From assembly GCA_043732725.1 (NCBI GenBank), contig JAYTHJ010000167.1:1-34949 (forward strand): a stretch of 34,949 nucleotides of DNA. Direction: 5' to 3'. The position numbers were made by a program, and so were the translations under genes. Below the pieces are notes generated by a model. It was not told the DNA's origin and made no database searches. It saw only the letters and a list, made by a program, of their open reading frames with translations. Shown one piece after another: positions 10,541 through 20,952 of the stretch. Within the stretch, counting starts at the first letter, position 1; each line of letters opens with the position of its first letter. The stretch is from Sphingomonadaceae bacterium. Its GTDB lineage: Bacteria; Pseudomonadota; Alphaproteobacteria; Sphingomonadales; Sphingomonadaceae.

Positions 10541-13078
10541 GTGCGGCGGTTGTCGCCATCGAGCGTTGCGCCATCGCTTCAATCGTTGCTGCCGCAGGCT
10601 CCCGCGTTCCTTTCGGGCGGCGGCGAGATGGGCGCGCTGATCCGTGGGCACGACTGGGCCGCGTCGTCGCTTGGGCTGCCTTCGGCATGGCCGCAAAGCC
10701 TGAAGACCGCGGTGCAACTGCTGCTCAATACCGGTCATCCGATGTATCTCTTCTGGGGTCCCGACGGCCGCTGCCTGTACAACGATGCCTACCGTCAGTC
10801 GCTCGGGCCCGAGCGGCACCCCGGCTCGCTTGGCCAGCCCGCAACGCAGGTGTGGGAAGAGATCTGGCCGAACATCGGCCCGCAGATCGAGCAGGTCATG
10901 GCAGGCCGGGGCGCGACGTGGCACGTCAATCAGCTACTTTCGATAACCCGCAACGGCCGCCGCGAGGATGTCTACTGGACCTACAGCTACGGTCCGATCG
11001 GCGACGACGCGGCCCCGAACGGCGTCGGCGGCGTCGTGGTGATGTGCAGCGAGACCACCGCGGCGGTACTCGGCGAGAAGCGGCTCGCCAAAGAGGTCGA
11101 GCGGCAGCGCAAGCTGTTCATGGCGGCTCCGGGCTTCATCACCATTCTCGATGGCCCCGACCACGTCTTCGAATTCGTCAACGACAGCTATCGGCGGCTC
11201 AGCGGCGAGCGCGATTTCCTCGGGCGTGCCGCGCGCGAGGTTTATCCCGAACTCGAAGGTCAGGGCTTCTTCGAACTCTTGGACGAGGTCTACACGACCG
11301 GCACACGGCATGTCGCGCATGACCAGCCAATCCGCCTTGCGATCGGCCCCGACGGCGCCCTCGAGGAACGCATCCTCGATTTCATTTACGAACCGGTCGT
11401 CGATGACCAAGGTCGCGTCACCGGCATCTTCTGCGAAGGCTTCGATGTCACCGCGACGGGCCGCGCCGAAAGCGCGCTGCACGACAGCGAGGAAGCGTTG
11501 CGGGACGTCAATGCGATGCTGCAGGCAGAGGTCGCGGCAAGGACCCGCGAGCGCAACCTGCTCGGCAAGCTGGTGGAGACCGCCGATGCGATGATGATGG
11601 CGCTCGACCTCGACTTCGAGGTGCTGGCGCTCAATCACGCCACCGCCAATCATATCGAGCGGGTTTATGGCGGACGCCCCGCTGTCGGCAGCGACCTGCT
11701 GAAATTATTCGCCGCTCATCCCGAGCATCAGCGGCAAGTAAGACTCGACTGGGCTCCGGCCATGCGTGGTGAAGCGAGCACCCTCGTCGACCAGTTCGAC
11801 CCGGCGCAGCCCGATCGACGCTGCTACGAAACCAGATTTTGCCCGCTGCATGACGACGGCATCCTGATCGGCGCTTACAAGTTCGTCTATGACATTACCG
11901 ACCGCGAGCGTGGTGCAGCGCGGCTGGCACAGGCGCAAGAGGCGCTGTTGCAGGCGCAGAAGCTTGAAGCCATGGGTCAGCTTACCGGCGGCGTCGCGCA
12001 CGACTTCAATAACCTGCTCACGCCGATCATTGGCGGCCTCGACATGCTGCAGCGCCGCAGCAGCGGCGATGCGCGCGAGATGCGGCTAATCGGCGGCGCA
12101 CTGCAATCGGCCGAGCGCGCGCGCGTTCTGGTCCAGCGCTTGCTGGCGTTCGCGCGGCGGCAGCCGCTGCAACCGGTTCCCGTCGACATCGGCGCGCTAC
12201 TCACCGGCATGACCGACCTCATCCGCGACAGTATCGGCGTCAATATCAGTGTCGCGCTCGACGTCGCCGAGGCGCTGCCGCCCGCCATCGTCGACCCCGG
12301 CCAGCTCGAGCTCGCGGTGCTAAACCTGTGCGTCAACGCGCGCGATGCGATGCCCGGCGGCGGCTCGATCGAGCTCGCGGTCAGCGCCGAAAGTATCGCC
12401 GCCAACGTCGCCAGCGAACCTGCGGCGGGATGCTATGTCCGGCTGTCGGTAACCGACACCGGCAGAGGCATGGACGAGCCGACGCGGCTCCGCGCGGTCG
12501 AGCCGTTCTTCTCGACCAAGGGCGTCGGCAAGGGCACCGGGCTCGGGCTGTCGATGGCGCACGGGCTCGCGTCGCAGCTCGGCGGCGCACTGACCATCAT
12601 CAGCCGCTATGGCCACGGTACCACGGTCAACCTGTGGCTGCCGGTCAGCAACGATGCGTCGCCATTTATCGAACTGCGCGCGCCGCATGCGGGTACCGCC
12701 ACATTCGGCGGCAAGGTGGCGTTGGTGGTCGACGACGACGACGGCGTCCGGCTGAGCACTGCCGACATGCTCGGCGAACTCGGCTTTACCGTGCGGCAGG
12801 CGGCATCGGGTGCCGCCGCGCTGGCAGCGCTCGATCGCGGCCTTAGCGTCGACGTGATCGTTACCGACCATCTGATGCCGGGTATGACCGGCGGCGAGCT
12901 TGCAGCCGTCCTCAGGCTGACTCGCCCGCTGCTGCCGGTGCTGATCGTCTCGGGCTTCGCCGAGCATGCCGGCATCGACCCGGCGGTGCCGCGGCTCGCC
13001 AAGCCGTTCCGCCGCGCCGAGCTGGCGCAAAGCCTCGCCGAGTTGCGATTGGACAGCGCCGCAACGGATCACTGCTGA
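10541..13078 (+). CDS. Cytoplasmic multi-PAS hybrid sensor histidine kinase / response regulator
   Basis: N-terminal GGGEMGALIR..DW and about three PAS-like repeats. H-box GGVAHDFNNLL, N-box LNLCVNARDAM, DTGRGM, FFSTKGVGKGTGLGL. Receiver motifs VVDDD, TDHLMPGMTG and KPF. No TM segment. Start uncertain. Confidence 0.93.
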   Translation: MRRLSPSSVAPSLQSLLPQAPAFLSGGGEMGALIRGHDWAASSLGLPSAWPQSLKTAVQLLLNTGHPMYLFWGPDGRCLYNDAYRQSLGPERHPGSLGQPATQVWEEIWPNIGPQIEQVMAGRGATWHVNQLLSITRNGRREDVYWTYSYGPIGDDAAPNGVGGVVVMCSETTAAVLGEKRLAKEVERQRKLFMAAPGFITILDGPDHVFEFVNDSYRRLSGERDFLGRAAREVYPELEGQGFFELLDEVYTTGTRHVAHDQPIRLAIGPDGALEERILDFIYEPVVDDQGRVTGIFCEGFDVTATGRAESALHDSEEALRDVNAMLQAEVAARTRERNLLGKLVETADAMMMALDLDFEVLALNHATANHIERVYGGRPAVGSDLLKLFAAHPEHQRQVRLDWAPAMRGEASTLVDQFDPAQPDRRCYETRFCPLHDDGILIGAYKFVYDITDRERGAARLAQAQEALLQAQKLEAMGQLTGGVAHDFNNLLTPIIGGLDMLQRRSSGDAREMRLIGGALQSAERARVLVQRLLAFARRQPLQPVPVDIGALLTGMTDLIRDSIGVNISVALDVAEALPPAIVDPGQLELAVLNLCVNARDAMPGGGSIELAVSAESIAANVASEPAAGCYVRLSVTDTGRGMDEPTRLRAVEPFFSTKGVGKGTGLGLSMAHGLASQLGGALTIISRYGHGTTVNLWLPVSNDASPFIELRAPHAGTATFGGKVALVVDDDDGVRLSTADMLGELGFTVRQAASGAAALAALDRGLSVDVIVTDHLMPGMTGGELAAVLRLTRPLLPVLIVSGFAEHAGIDPAVPRLAKPFRRAELAQSLAELRLDSAATDHC

Positions 13079-13120
13079 CGAAACTTGCTCGAACGCTGGT
13101 CGCGCTTGATCAACGAAAAC

Positions 13121-13195
<75 letters not shown>

Positions 13196-13302
13196 TCGGG
13201 CAGATACAGTGACGTCATCACTGCATCGGGATGTGGCCGCTATCATAGGCACAGCCGCGGGTGCAAGCATTAAATGGCTCCGTACCCAGCGGCATCGCGG
13301 GA

Positions 13303-13332
13303 CTTGGCAAGCTAGGGGTGCACTGTCCATAT
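13303..13332 (+). promoter_or_regulatory. Putative RpoH (sigma32) promoter for cnoX operon
   Basis: CTTG at 13303 and TCCATAT at 13326-13332 resemble the alphaproteobacterial CTTG-N17/18-CCTATAT consensus. The spacer here is 19 nt. Confidence 0.4.
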
Positions 13333-13369
13333 GATCGGCCACCGGATTATCGAGACTCAAGGAGTGACT

Positions 13370-14269
13370 GTGGCCAGCTTGTCGATCCCCGCCGCGGACA
13401 AAGCCAGCATCGGCGCGTTCAAGCGCGATGTCATCGACGCGTCACGCGACGCCTTGGTGCTGGTCGATTTCTGGGCCGAATGGTGCGGCCCGTGCAAGAC
13501 GCTGACGCCGCTGCTCGAGAAGCTGGTCGCGGCGCGCGCGGCGCGCGTTCAGCTGGTCAAGCTCGACGTCGACAAGCATCAGGCGATCGCGACGCAGTTC
13601 CGCATCCAGTCGATCCCAACGGTCTACGCCTTCATCGACGGCAAGCCGGTCGACGGCTTCCAGGGGGCGCTCGGCGAGCGCGAGCTGGCGGCGTTCATCG
13701 ATCGGCTGCTCGCGGCGCTACCCGCTGCCGGACCCGATGCGGCCGCCGAAATCGTCGCGCTGGTCGAGGCGGCGCAGGCGGCGCTCATCGACGGCGCGCA
13801 TGCCGAAGCGGCCGAGATGTTTGGCGCGCTGGTGCAGGAACTGCCCGACCGCGCCGACATCGCCGGCGGGTACGCCAAGGCGCTACTGGCAAGCGGCGAT
13901 GTCGCAGGTGCCGCAGCGGCTTTGGCGGCCGTCCCCGCCGACAGCAAAGACGCGAGCGTGGTCGAGGCCCGCGCGGCGGTGAAGCTGGCGCAGGTAGCGA
14001 CTCCGGTCGACGATATCGGCGAGCTGAGTGCCAAACTCGCCGCGGCCCCCGATGATCACGCGGCACGCTTCGAGCTCGCCAGCGGTTTGCTGGCGCACGG
14101 CGACCGCGACGGCGCGGCGAAGGAGTTACTCGACATCATGCGCCGCGACGCGAACTGGAACGAAGGGGCCGCGAAGGCGCGCCTACTGCAAGTGCTCGAA
14201 GCTGCGGGCTTTGCTGACCCATGGGCGGCGGGCGTTCGCCGCAAGCTGTCGACGGTTCTGTTCGTATGA
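13370..14269 (+). CDS. cnoX: Thioredoxin-TPR chaperedoxin (CnoX/YbbN)
   Basis: VDFWAEWCGPCK thioredoxin domain, an Ala-rich TPR region and a C-terminal RRKLSTVLF. GTG 13370 follows AAGGAG. Confidence 0.88.
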   Translation: MASLSIPAADKASIGAFKRDVIDASRDALVLVDFWAEWCGPCKTLTPLLEKLVAARAARVQLVKLDVDKHQAIATQFRIQSIPTVYAFIDGKPVDGFQGALGERELAAFIDRLLAALPAAGPDAAAEIVALVEAAQAALIDGAHAEAAEMFGALVQELPDRADIAGGYAKALLASGDVAGAAAALAAVPADSKDASVVEARAAVKLAQVATPVDDIGELSAKLAAAPDDHAARFELASGLLAHGDRDGAAKELLDIMRRDANWNEGAAKARLLQVLEAAGFADPWAAGVRRKLSTVLFV

Positions 14270-15033
14270 TCGGGCTCGGCGGCTCCAACGGCGGTTTCAG
14301 CGGCGACGAGCCGCGTGACGACGACGACGGTGACGGCATCCTGCCCAGCGTCATCTCGGTGTTCCCGCTGGACGGCGCGGTGCTGCTGCCGCGCGGGCTG
14401 CTGCCACTCAACATCTTCGAGCCGCGTTATCTGGCGATGATCCGCGACGCGATGGCAGGGTCGGGGCTGATCGGCATGATCCAGTCGCGCGGCAACGCCG
14501 CGCCCGACGGCGGCATCGAGCGCAGTGCGGCTGGCGGCAGCAGGGCTGGCAGCGAGATGCGCGGCAAGACGGCGACGACCAAACCTGCGCTGTTCGGCGT
14601 CGGTTGCGCCGGGCGGATCACCGAATGCAGCACCACCGACGACGGCCGTTTGCTGGTAATGCTCGCCGGCGTGACGCGCTTTGCGGTGACGTGCGAGCTT
14701 GAGGTAACGACGCCGTACCGGCAGGTGATGCCCGACTTCGAGCCGTTCGCCGCCGACAGCAACGAGGCTCCGCCCCTCGCCGCCGCGGCGCGTGCCGCGC
14801 TCGAACGCGAGCTGCGCGGCTATCTCGATACTCAAGGGCTGAGCGCCGACTGGGCCGCGGTCGCGCAGGCCGATGATGAGTCCCTGGTGACGACGCTGAG
14901 CAGCGTCTGTCCATTCGACGCGGTCGAGAAGCAGGCGCTGCTTGAAGCTCGCGATCTGCCGGCCCGCGCTGCGACGCTGACCGCGCTGATGACCTTCGCG
15001 CAAGGCACCGGCGGCGGCGTGACGCGACAGTGA
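14266..15033 (+). CDS. Lon protease N-terminal substrate-binding domain protein
   Basis: [35 protein letters not shown] and [14 protein letters not shown] motifs. No AAA+ or protease domain. ATGA overlap with cnoX. Confidence 0.9.
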   Translation: MIGLGGSNGGFSGDEPRDDDDGDGILPSVISVFPLDGAVLLPRGLLPLNIFEPRYLAMIRDAMAGSGLIGMIQSRGNAAPDGGIERSAAGGSRAGSEMRGKTATTKPALFGVGCAGRITECSTTDDGRLLVMLAGVTRFAVTCELEVTTPYRQVMPDFEPFAADSNEAPPLAAAARAALERELRGYLDTQGLSADWAAVAQADDESLVTTLSSVCPFDAVEKQALLEARDLPARAATLTALMTFAQGTGGGVTRQ

Positions 15034-15248
15034 GCGAGGTTGCGCCGCTCGACACGGTGTCGGTGCCTGCTCCCGTTGAAGTCGATCCGCGGCTGCTGGC
15101 GATCCTCGTCTGTCCGTTGACCAAGGCGCAGTTGCGTTACGACGCGGCGGGGCAGGAACTCGTATCCGAAGCCGCTGGACTCGCCTACCCGATCCGCGGC
15201 GGCATCCCGATCATGCTGATCGACGAGGCGAGGGTGTTGCCGGATTAG
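15030..15248 (+). CDS. Trm112 family protein (UPF0434)
   Basis: [18 protein letters not shown] and [17 protein letters not shown] motifs. GTGA overlap with the upstream gene. Confidence 0.92.
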   Translation: MSEVAPLDTVSVPAPVEVDPRLLAILVCPLTKAQLRYDAAGQELVSEAAGLAYPIRGGIPIMLIDEARVLPD

Positions 15249-15265
15249 CTGGCCCTGCTGCACCC

Positions 15266-15293
15266 CTTCCATCACCGCGCCGCTTTCCTACAT
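15266..15293 (+). promoter_or_regulatory. Putative RpoH (sigma32) promoter for hslVU
   Basis: CTTC-N17-CCTACAT, 32 nt upstream of the hslV ATG. hslVU is a canonical heat-shock operon. Confidence 0.5.
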
Positions 15294-15325
15294 TGGGTTG
15301 GCACCCCTTTTCACTGAAAGCAGAC

Positions 15326-15871
15326 ATGGCGGATTTCCCCGACTGGCACGGTACGACGATCGTCGCGGTGCGCAAGGATGGCCGGGTCGTCATCGCCGGT
15401 GACGGTCAGGTGACGATGGGCCAGACCGTGATGAAGGCCAACGCCAAAAAAGTCCGGCGGCTCGGTAGCAGCGGCGATGTCATCGCCGGGTTTGCCGGCG
15501 CGACGGCAGACGCATTCACGCTGTTCGAGCGACTCGAAGCCAAGCTCGAGCGCTTCCCCGGCCATTTGACGCGCGCCGCGGTAGAGCTCGCGAAGGACTG
15601 GCGCACCGACCGCTACCTGCGGCGGCTTGAAGCGATGATGATCGTCGCTGACAAGGATGTGACGCTGATCCTGACCGGTACCGGCGACGTGCTCGAACCG
15701 GCGGACGGGATGGCCGCGATCGGCTCGGGCGGTAACTACGCGCTCGCCGCCGCCAAGGCGCTCGCCGATAGCAGCCACGACGCCGAGGCGATCGCCCGCC
15801 GCGCCATGCAGGTCGCTGCCGATATCTGCGTCTACACCAACACTAATCTGACCGTGGAAGCCATCGGATGA
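15326..15871 (+). CDS. hslV: ATP-dependent protease peptidase subunit HslV
   Basis: Short propeptide then HGTTIVAV (Thr nucleophile), [34 protein letters not shown] and AIGSGG. Confidence 0.97.
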   Translation: MADFPDWHGTTIVAVRKDGRVVIAGDGQVTMGQTVMKANAKKVRRLGSSGDVIAGFAGATADAFTLFERLEAKLERFPGHLTRAAVELAKDWRTDRYLRRLEAMMIVADKDVTLILTGTGDVLEPADGMAAIGSGGNYALAAAKALADSSHDAEAIARRAMQVAADICVYTNTNLTVEAIG

Positions 15872-17193
15872 ACGTCACTTTGCCAATCGCTGACGCCGAC
15901 GCCGGAGCCGCGCTGACGCCGCGCGAAGTTGTCGCGGCGCTCGATCGCTATATCGTCGGCCAAATCGACGCCAAGCGCGCCGTCGCTGTGGCGCTTCGCA
16001 ACCGCTGGCGGCGGCAGCAGCTCGGCGACGATCTGCGCGACGAGGTCAATCCGAAGAACATCCTGATGATCGGGCCAACCGGCTGCGGCAAGACCGAGAT
16101 CAGCCGCCGGCTCGCCAAGCTCGCCGACGCGCCGTTTCTCAAGATCGAGGCGACCAAGTTCACCGAGGTCGGCTATGTCGGCCGCGACGTCGACTCGATC
16201 ATCCGCGACCTTGTCGAGGAATCGATCCGGCTGGTCCGTGCCAATCGCCGCGCTGGCGTCAAAGACGCCGCCGAAGCCGCTGCTGAGGCTCGGCTGTTGG
16301 ACGTTCTGGTCGGCAAGGACGCCAGCGAGGCGACCCGCGCCGCCTTTCGCGCCCGCTTCCGCGACGGTCACCTGAAAGGCCGCGAGATCGAGATCGAGGT
16401 CGAGGACACGCCGTCGGCGTCGTTCGAGATCCCCGGCCAGCCGCAGATGATCAATATCTCCGAGATGCTCGGCAAGGCTATGGGCGGCGGCAAGACCAAG
16501 CGCCGCAAGATGCCGATCGAGGCGGCGTGGGACGTGCTACTCGCCGAGGAGAGCGACAAGCGGCTCGACAGCGACGAGATCAACCGCGAGGCAGTGCGCG
16601 GGGCAGAGGAGAACGGCATCGTCTTCCTCGACGAGATCGACAAGATCGCGGTCAGCGACGTCCGCGGCGGCTCGGTCAGCCGCGAGGGCGTCCAGCGCGA
16701 CCTGCTGCCGCTGATCGAGGGCACGACGGTCGCGACCAAATATGGCCCGGTCAAAACCGACCACATCCTGTTCATCGCGTCGGGCGCGTTCTCGGTGTCG
16801 AAGCCGAGCGACCTGCTGCCCGAGCTGCAGGGCCGCCTGCCGATCCGTGTCGAGCTGAAGGGGCTAACCAAAGACGACTTCGTCCGCATCCTGACCGAAA
16901 CCGAAGCCTCGCTGATCCGCCAATACACCGCGCTGCTGGCGACCGAAGGCGTCACGCTGAGCTTCACGCCCGGCGGCATCGAGGCGATCGCGGCGACTGC
17001 GGCGCAGGTCAACGACGCGGTCGAGAACATCGGCGCACGACGGCTGCAGACGATCTGCGAGAAGCTGCTCGAAGCGGTCAGCTTCGACGCCAGCGACCGC
17101 CGGGGTGACATCGTCGTCGTCGACAGCGCCTACGTCGAGGCACAGCTCGGCGACATCGCGCGCAATACCGACTTGTCGAAGTTTATCCTGTAG
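15868..17193 (+). CDS. hslU: ATP-dependent protease ATPase subunit HslU
   Basis: [43 protein letters not shown] and C-terminal DLSKFIL. Confidence 0.98.
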   Translation: MNVTLPIADADAGAALTPREVVAALDRYIVGQIDAKRAVAVALRNRWRRQQLGDDLRDEVNPKNILMIGPTGCGKTEISRRLAKLADAPFLKIEATKFTEVGYVGRDVDSIIRDLVEESIRLVRANRRAGVKDAAEAAAEARLLDVLVGKDASEATRAAFRARFRDGHLKGREIEIEVEDTPSASFEIPGQPQMINISEMLGKAMGGGKTKRRKMPIEAAWDVLLAEESDKRLDSDEINREAVRGAEENGIVFLDEIDKIAVSDVRGGSVSREGVQRDLLPLIEGTTVATKYGPVKTDHILFIASGAFSVSKPSDLLPELQGRLPIRVELKGLTKDDFVRILTETEASLIRQYTALLATEGVTLSFTPGGIEAIAATAAQVNDAVENIGARRLQTICEKLLEAVSFDASDRRGDIVVVDSAYVEAQLGDIARNTDLSKFIL

Positions 17194-17208
17194 TCGGACA
17201 AGCGTGAA

Positions 17209-17236
17209 CGCCACCCCCGCGCAGGCGGAGATGGCG
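17209..17236 (-). terminator. Hairpin between convergent hslU and TonB-dependent receptor
   Basis: Minus strand CGCCATCTCCGC-CTGC-GCGGGGGTGGCG forms a 12 bp stem with two G-U pairs. The U tail is weak. Confidence 0.55.
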
Positions 17237-17250
17237 TCGCGGTTGCGACC

Positions 17251-19734
17251 TCAGAAGTCGACGCGCGCGCCGACCGAGATCAGCCGTCCGAGAATCGAGC
17301 GGGCGGCACCCAATCCCGAGCCGTTAGGGTTCTGGTCAACTTCGGTGATGCCGACGACGTTGAACAGGTTGTCGACATGCGCATTGACGTGCAGCCGCTT
17401 GAGCACCGCATATTCGCCGAACAGCCCGACAACGTTGAACGCCGGCTGGCGTAGCGTGTTGCTGCTGTCGGTGTACGAGCCCGACGTGCCGGTGAGAGTC
17501 GCGCCGACGTCGAGCGAGCCGAAGCTGGCGGTCGGGCGGAGCTGGTACACCCACTTCGCCTGGCGTTGCGGGATGTTGCCGATGTCGGTGGCACCGACCG
17601 AGCCATCCTTAGTGATCTTGGCGTCGGTGTAGGTCAGCCCGCCGTACAGGTTAAGGACGCCGTAGTTGACCGAGCCTTCGAGCTCGACGCCGTAAGCGCG
17701 ATAGTTGCGCGAGAACACGAACAACCCGCCGCCGTTGGCGTTGATGTCGGTGCCGAACTCGGCGGTTGTGGTGTGGAAGGCGGTCACCGCGCCCGAGAAG
17801 TGCGGGACCGCGAATTTCGCGCCGATTTCCTGCTGCGACGCAAAGTTTAAGGCCGCGAACGACGCGACATTGCCCGACGCGTCGGCGGGCAGCACGCGGT
17901 CGGCGTTGAAGCGCGCGCCGCGGCTAGCGCGGCCGAACATTGCAAGTTCGGGATTGAACTCGTAGTTGGCGCCGACCGAATAGGATAAATAGCGCTTAGT
18001 GTAGCGCACCGCCTGCGGGACACCGCTGCTCGCGACCTTGACGAGTTGCTCGGGCACCGTGAGGCTGCCGTTCTGGTTGACGTCGATCGGCACGCCGTTT
18101 CCAGCCGCCTCCTGATAAGTGCCGCGGGCGCTCTGGATGTCGTAGCGCAAACTGCCGTCGAGGTTGAAGCCGAAGATTTTCCAGGCGAGGTTCACCCACG
18201 GCGCATCGATCGAATACTGGACGTCATAGTTGCGCACGCAGCAGTCGCCGAACGCGCGCGCGTCGTACGCGACGAGGCCATTTTCGGTCTGCAGGATACC
18301 GCCGGCGCTGGTGACGTTGAGCCGCTGAGCGTTGCCGCGGTCCTGTGCGGTAATCAGGTAATCCTGCCAGTGCCAGTCCATACCGATATGCTGGCCCGAT
18401 TTCATATAGCCGACCGTCAGCGTGCCACGGCCGTAGTCGCCGGTGTCGAAGTCCTTGGCGAGCGTCAGATCGTTGGTGAACGTGTCGAAGTTGCTAAGCG
18501 TGACGTCGAACAGCACGGTGTTGACCGCGACGCCAGCATAAGCCTGACCCGCGTTCGGCCCGGTCGCGTAGGTGACGCGCGAACCCGCCCCGCCGATGCC
18601 GTTGGCGATATTCTGCGCGAGGTCGACGTTCGCCGGATACGGCCCGACGAACTTGCCCGAGTTAATCGCGTAGCGGAACTTGTCGTCGATCTTCATACCG
18701 CTACCAAGATCGAACGAGGCTTCGCCACCGAACGCCTTGCTGACGCTGCGATAGCCGTCGGAGACGTTGTCGGTGACGCGGTTGCCGTTGTGGTCGAGCG
18801 ACAACAGCTGCTGGAGCTGCGGCGATTGCAGCGCGCCCGAGCGCAGGTCGAAGCCGGGGATCGACGCATAGGTCGCGTTGGCACCGTTGCGGCGGATCGC
18901 TGCCGGAACCGGTAGATAGACCGGCGCGCGGTCGTCGAGGAACTTCAGGTCGAAGCGGATGAAGCCGTTTTCGAAGTCGTGCGTGACGTTGGCCTTGACC
19001 TGCCCGCCGTCCTCGCCGGTCAAACCGATCTGCTTGGGCCCTTCGCCGTAATGAAAGAAGCCGCCGATATGAAAGCGCCAATCGGTCCCGAGATGCCCGC
19101 CATAATCAGCATCGAGCCGGGTCCGGTCGAAATTAACGCCCCTTGTCAGCCCGACGGAGCCGCCGTCGGTGGTGCCGGTCTTGGTGATGAAGTTGATGAT
19201 CGCGCCCGGCGCGTTGCTGGTCGCGGTCGACGCCGAGCCGCCGCGCACGGCCTCGACGCGGGCGATGTTGGTGTCGGCCTTGACGAAGGTGTCGGCGGTG
19301 GCAAATGCGATGTCGCCGAAGGTCAGCACCGGGATGCCGTCCTCCTGGAACTGGACGAATTTGGCCCCGCCCGACGCGACCGGCAGACCGCGGACCGAGA
19401 TGTTGGCGTTACCCTCGCCACCCGAGGCTTCGGAGCGGATGCCGGGGATGAAGCGGATCAGGTCTGCCGAACTCTGCGGGTTGATCTGCGCGATCGTCGC
19501 TGAATTGACGCTGCTGATCGACAGGCTAGTGTCGATCTTGCGCTCGGGGCGGGTCGTGCCGGTGATAACGATCTCGTCCTGTGCCGCGCCGGTCTCAAGC
19601 ACGGGCGACGGCGTCGCGCTTTTGGGTACCTTGACGCCGGGCGACGCGGCTTGCGCCAGCGCCGGAGGCGCAGCAAGAAAAGCGAGCGCGAGACTGACCG
19701 ACGACACGACGTTGCGACCGATCCGGCTATACAT
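17251..19734 (-). CDS. TonB-dependent receptor, SuxA-like (probable sucrose/fructoside uptake)
   Basis: Signal peptide ending ALA-Q, TonB box DEIVITG, plug SGGEGNANISVRG / RVEAVRGGSAS and terminal Phe. ATG 19734 follows GGGAGAG. The substrate is inferred from neighbouring genes. Confidence 0.92.
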   Translation of the reverse strand: MYSRIGRNVVSSVSLALAFLAAPPALAQAASPGVKVPKSATPSPVLETGAAQDEIVITGTTRPERKIDTSLSISSVNSATIAQINPQSSADLIRFIPGIRSEASGGEGNANISVRGLPVASGGAKFVQFQEDGIPVLTFGDIAFATADTFVKADTNIARVEAVRGGSASTATSNAPGAIINFITKTGTTDGGSVGLTRGVNFDRTRLDADYGGHLGTDWRFHIGGFFHYGEGPKQIGLTGEDGGQVKANVTHDFENGFIRFDLKFLDDRAPVYLPVPAAIRRNGANATYASIPGFDLRSGALQSPQLQQLLSLDHNGNRVTDNVSDGYRSVSKAFGGEASFDLGSGMKIDDKFRYAINSGKFVGPYPANVDLAQNIANGIGGAGSRVTYATGPNAGQAYAGVAVNTVLFDVTLSNFDTFTNDLTLAKDFDTGDYGRGTLTVGYMKSGQHIGMDWHWQDYLITAQDRGNAQRLNVTSAGGILQTENGLVAYDARAFGDCCVRNYDVQYSIDAPWVNLAWKIFGFNLDGSLRYDIQSARGTYQEAAGNGVPIDVNQNGSLTVPEQLVKVASSGVPQAVRYTKRYLSYSVGANYEFNPELAMFGRASRGARFNADRVLPADASGNVASFAALNFASQQEIGAKFAVPHFSGAVTAFHTTTAEFGTDINANGGGLFVFSRNYRAYGVELEGSVNYGVLNLYGGLTYTDAKITKDGSVGATDIGNIPQRQAKWVYQLRPTASFGSLDVGATLTGTSGSYTDSSNTLRQPAFNVVGLFGEYAVLKRLHVNAHVDNLFNVVGITEVDQNPNGSGLGAARSILGRLISVGARVDF

Positions 19735-19786
19735 ATCCACTCTCCCAAGGTTATCTAAAGTCTTAATTGTTCGGCTAAAGTTGCAA

Positions 19787-19821
19787 GCAATGGATTGCAA
19801 TGGCTGACGGCAATCGATTGT
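19787..19821. promoter_or_regulatory. Two LacI-type operator palindromes in TBDR/lacI intergenic region
   Basis: GCAATGGATTGC (19787-19798) and GCAATCGATTGT (19810-19821). The CG-centred palindrome is typical of LacI operators. Confidence 0.7.
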
Positions 19822-19916
19822 CATACCGCTGCGATTTAATTGACAGGTGTGGCTTTCTGGTCAAAGCAGAACGCGCCCGGCCGGCCGCGGGGCGGCAGCC
19901 ATGGGTGGGAGCTCCG

Positions 19917-20930
19917 GTGAACAAGCCCAAGCGAATCCGTAACATAGCCGAACTCGCACAGATCGCCGGGGTCTCTACGGGGACGGTGTCGCGCGCTTTG
20001 AGCGGTGCGGGGCTGATCAGCGCCAACACCCGCGAGCGGATTCAAGCGCTCGCCCGCGAGCATGACTTCCGGCCCAGCGTGATGGCGCGCAACCTGCGCA
20101 TTCAGCGCACCGGGGCGATCGGCGTGGTGATCCCGCTCGGCCATGAGACCGGGCAGCATATCTCCGATCCGTTCTTCATGACGATGCTCGGTCTGCTCGC
20201 CGACGCGCTGACCGAGCGCGGCTATGATCTGATGCTGTCGCGCATCGTCTCCACCTCCGACGGCTGGCTCGATCGCATCGTCGATACCGGGCGCGTCGAC
20301 GGGGTGATCGTCATCGGCCAGTCGGACCAGTCGGCGGCGCTCGATGCCGTCGCGGCGCGCTACCGCCCGCTGGTCGTCTGGGGCGGGCATGTCGACGGTC
20401 AGGTCCATTGCTCGGTCGGCTCGGACAACCGCCGCGGCGGGGAACTGGCGACCGCGCATCTGATCGAGCGCGGCTGTCGGCGGATCGCCTTCTTCGGAGA
20501 TCCTCGCGGTCTCGAGATCGCCCAGCGGCTCGAGGGCTGCCGTGCCGCAATAGCAGCGGCGGGGCTGAGTGCGGCGCTGAGGCTGCTGCCCGCGCATCTC
20601 GTCGCCGAAACCGCGCATCCGGCGATCACGGCATTCCTGAGCGAGCCCGGCGCTCGCCCCGACGGCATCGTTGCGGCGTCCGACGTCATCGCGATGAGTG
20701 CGCTCCGCGTACTGGCCGAGCGCCGGATCGCGGTGCCCGGCGACATCCGCCTGATCGGCTTCGACGACATCGCGGTGGCGCAACATGCTGTGCCGCGGCT
20801 GTCGACGGTTCGGCAGGACCTGGCACGCGGGGCCGGAGCGATCGTCGACGCCCTGCTCGCGCGACTGGCGGGCAAGGACGCACCGTCGGTGATCATGCAA
20901 CCCGAATTGATCGTCCGGCTATCGAGCTGA
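19917..20930 (+). CDS. LacI-family transcriptional repressor (ScrR/SuxR-like)
   Basis: HTH IAELAQIAGVSTGTVSRAL, hinge ARNL, and sugar-binding domain motifs GSDN, ASDVIA, GFDD and LSTVRQD. GTG 19917 follows GGGAG. Confidence 0.94.
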   Translation: MNKPKRIRNIAELAQIAGVSTGTVSRALSGAGLISANTRERIQALAREHDFRPSVMARNLRIQRTGAIGVVIPLGHETGQHISDPFFMTMLGLLADALTERGYDLMLSRIVSTSDGWLDRIVDTGRVDGVIVIGQSDQSAALDAVAARYRPLVVWGGHVDGQVHCSVGSDNRRGGELATAHLIERGCRRIAFFGDPRGLEIAQRLEGCRAAIAAAGLSAALRLLPAHLVAETAHPAITAFLSEPGARPDGIVAASDVIAMSALRVLAERRIAVPGDIRLIGFDDIAVAQHAVPRLSTVRQDLARGAGAIVDALLARLAGKDAPSVIMQPELIVRLSS

Positions 20931-20952
20931 AGCGACCGGGCCAAGCTTTCGC

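Noticed and set aside
10272-10640. 122-aa plus-strand ORF upstream of the kinase
   Set aside because: It has no RBS or recognisable domain, and it overlaps both the kinase start and the better-supported minus-strand small ORF.
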